DNA from: Phoronis australis
Taxonomy: Eukaryota; Animalia; Phoronida
DNA length: 50,623 bases
Direction of reading: 5' to 3'
Assembly (NCBI GenBank): GCA_002633005.1
Contig: NMRA01001136.1
Coordinates: forward strand, 1 to 50,623
Positions 49,363 through 50,623 of the stretch are shown here, one piece after another. The first letter of the stretch is position 1. Each line of letters begins with the position of its first letter. The translations under genes and the position numbers were made by a program. The notes under the pieces were generated by a model, which was not told the DNA's origin, did not search any database, and was given only the letters and a program-made list of their open reading frames with translations.

Positions 49363-50623
49363 TATTTAATTGGTAAACTCACCTGCCTTCAGGGAATGTC
49401 TGGCAGACGACAGCAACAAATGATGATTTGCAATGAAATAACAAAAACAACAGATTTTGTTAAACACTGGTCAAAGCTAATGACTTCAGGAAGACTATCT
49501 CATCCAACAGTAATAATATCAAGAAGTCTTTCCCATCCAACAATAATAACTTGAAGAAGACTATCCCATCCATCAATAATCGTTCTGCAGTTTAACTGAT
49601 AATACCCCCGTTATACACGAGTAGGCCTACTTGGGTTCCGCCCATCTACTAATATGAAATGTTAATTTATGTATTTGTGTAAAATAATTGTATATAGATT
49701 TCTTTGTACTTTTTTAACCCAGATATAATACCTCTTGGCGCTTTCTGGGTTATGTATATCCATTGTATCGAAGATTTCGTAATAAACATTATAAAAAAGG
49801 TTGACAGCTGATCGTGACGGCAATCCCATTGTGGCCAGGCTGTACGAAATTTGAAAAGTGGTTTGATGTCTCATGACAAGTATTTACAACCAATTTGATT
49901 TGGAGGCAAGGAAATTTATTTTCTTGTGCCTGTGGTTATTTTAATACAGTATTTGTGACAATCGCGATTATCAATACGTGGTACTGCCGAGTGACCTGGG
50001 CCCGACGAGGGTCTAATCTTTTTAGTCACAATAAAAGTATATTTTTGAAAATTTCCATTATATTTTCGATTCTACTCAACTGTAATTTAGGCTTGCGTAC
50101 ATATTGGCTTACGTGGTTAACCGTCAATTCCTAGTTTGCACTTAATGACCCGACATTACGACTAAAAGTTCGAGTATTTATTCGAGACTGAAGTTCGAAT
50201 CTAAGGTTTATTAAGAGAGAAGTAGAATGGAAAATGAATGCCAAAAATAATCTCGAGTTCCATTTCGAGAAAACGATTTGACCCGGCGCCTGATGTAGAC
50301 ATATAACAGCTTCCAGCAAAATGAAAATTGCAAGATCCCTTATTATGTTGACAACAAAGGCAGTCTCATTCATGGTTATAAATGTGTATGCGGCCATCTT
50401 GCCTGTATCCAGTAACGCTTATTCCAAGCGAATTTATCATATTTTCTTGAAGCTATAGGTGTATCGTTATTATGAATCACTGATGACCTACTATTCACGA
50501 AAGGTGAACGCCTCTAGCAGACAATGCAAGGCGATTGACACTACCATACTATGGTGGGCCGTTGAGGGGAAAGTGTCGCCGTAAAATTACGCTCGTAATT
50601 ACGAGCGTAATTTAAATTGCAGG

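Larger units (their letters stand above)
40239..50547. repeat. Copy 2 of the large direct duplication
   Basis: Colinear with 1-16740. Lacks the HINE array and the THAP fragment; has ~3.2 kb (~46200-49365) absent from copy 1. Confidence 0.95.

Noticed and set aside
50584-50613. Perfect 30-bp palindrome AAATTACGCTCGTAATTACGAGCGTAATTT
   Set aside because: Real, but at the window edge where duplication similarity ends; most likely the interior of a common MITE and cannot be evaluated here.

Overview
Repeat-rich, AT-rich animal genomic DNA. Spliceosomal introns and CTCF-like motifs suggest a bilaterian marine invertebrate (inference). One host gene is visible: four phase-consistent + strand exons (29952-34988) encoding a probably GPI-anchored homologue of the coral skeletal aspartic-acid-rich protein (SAARP/CARP4) family, with a Lys-rich rather than Asp-rich insert. 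Its signal-peptide exon was not located. Positions 1-~16740 recur at 40239-~50547 (roughly 90% identity by eye), so the gene lies between two copies of a segment about 40 kb apart. The second copy gives empty sites for insertions in the first. Mobile elements: an 8.5-kb A-A-B-B-A tandem array of Helentron-type (HINE/DINE-1-like) units with one 5' end and five 3' ends; a young Penelope-like element (open RT + GIY-YIG frame, inverted pLTR, 12-bp TSD, U3-A8 variant hammerhead motif) nested in that array; an AcademX transposon with both ends intact (TAG...CTA, TSD ACA); a 5'-truncated Gypsy element with its 3' LTR; Tx1/L1-like and other LINE relics; a THAP fragment with a Kolobok-like end; several MITEs; two further hammerhead-like relics; and a second HINE-like element with co-oriented CTCF-consensus motifs about 150 bp apart. 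All family assignments come from motif recognition, not database searches.
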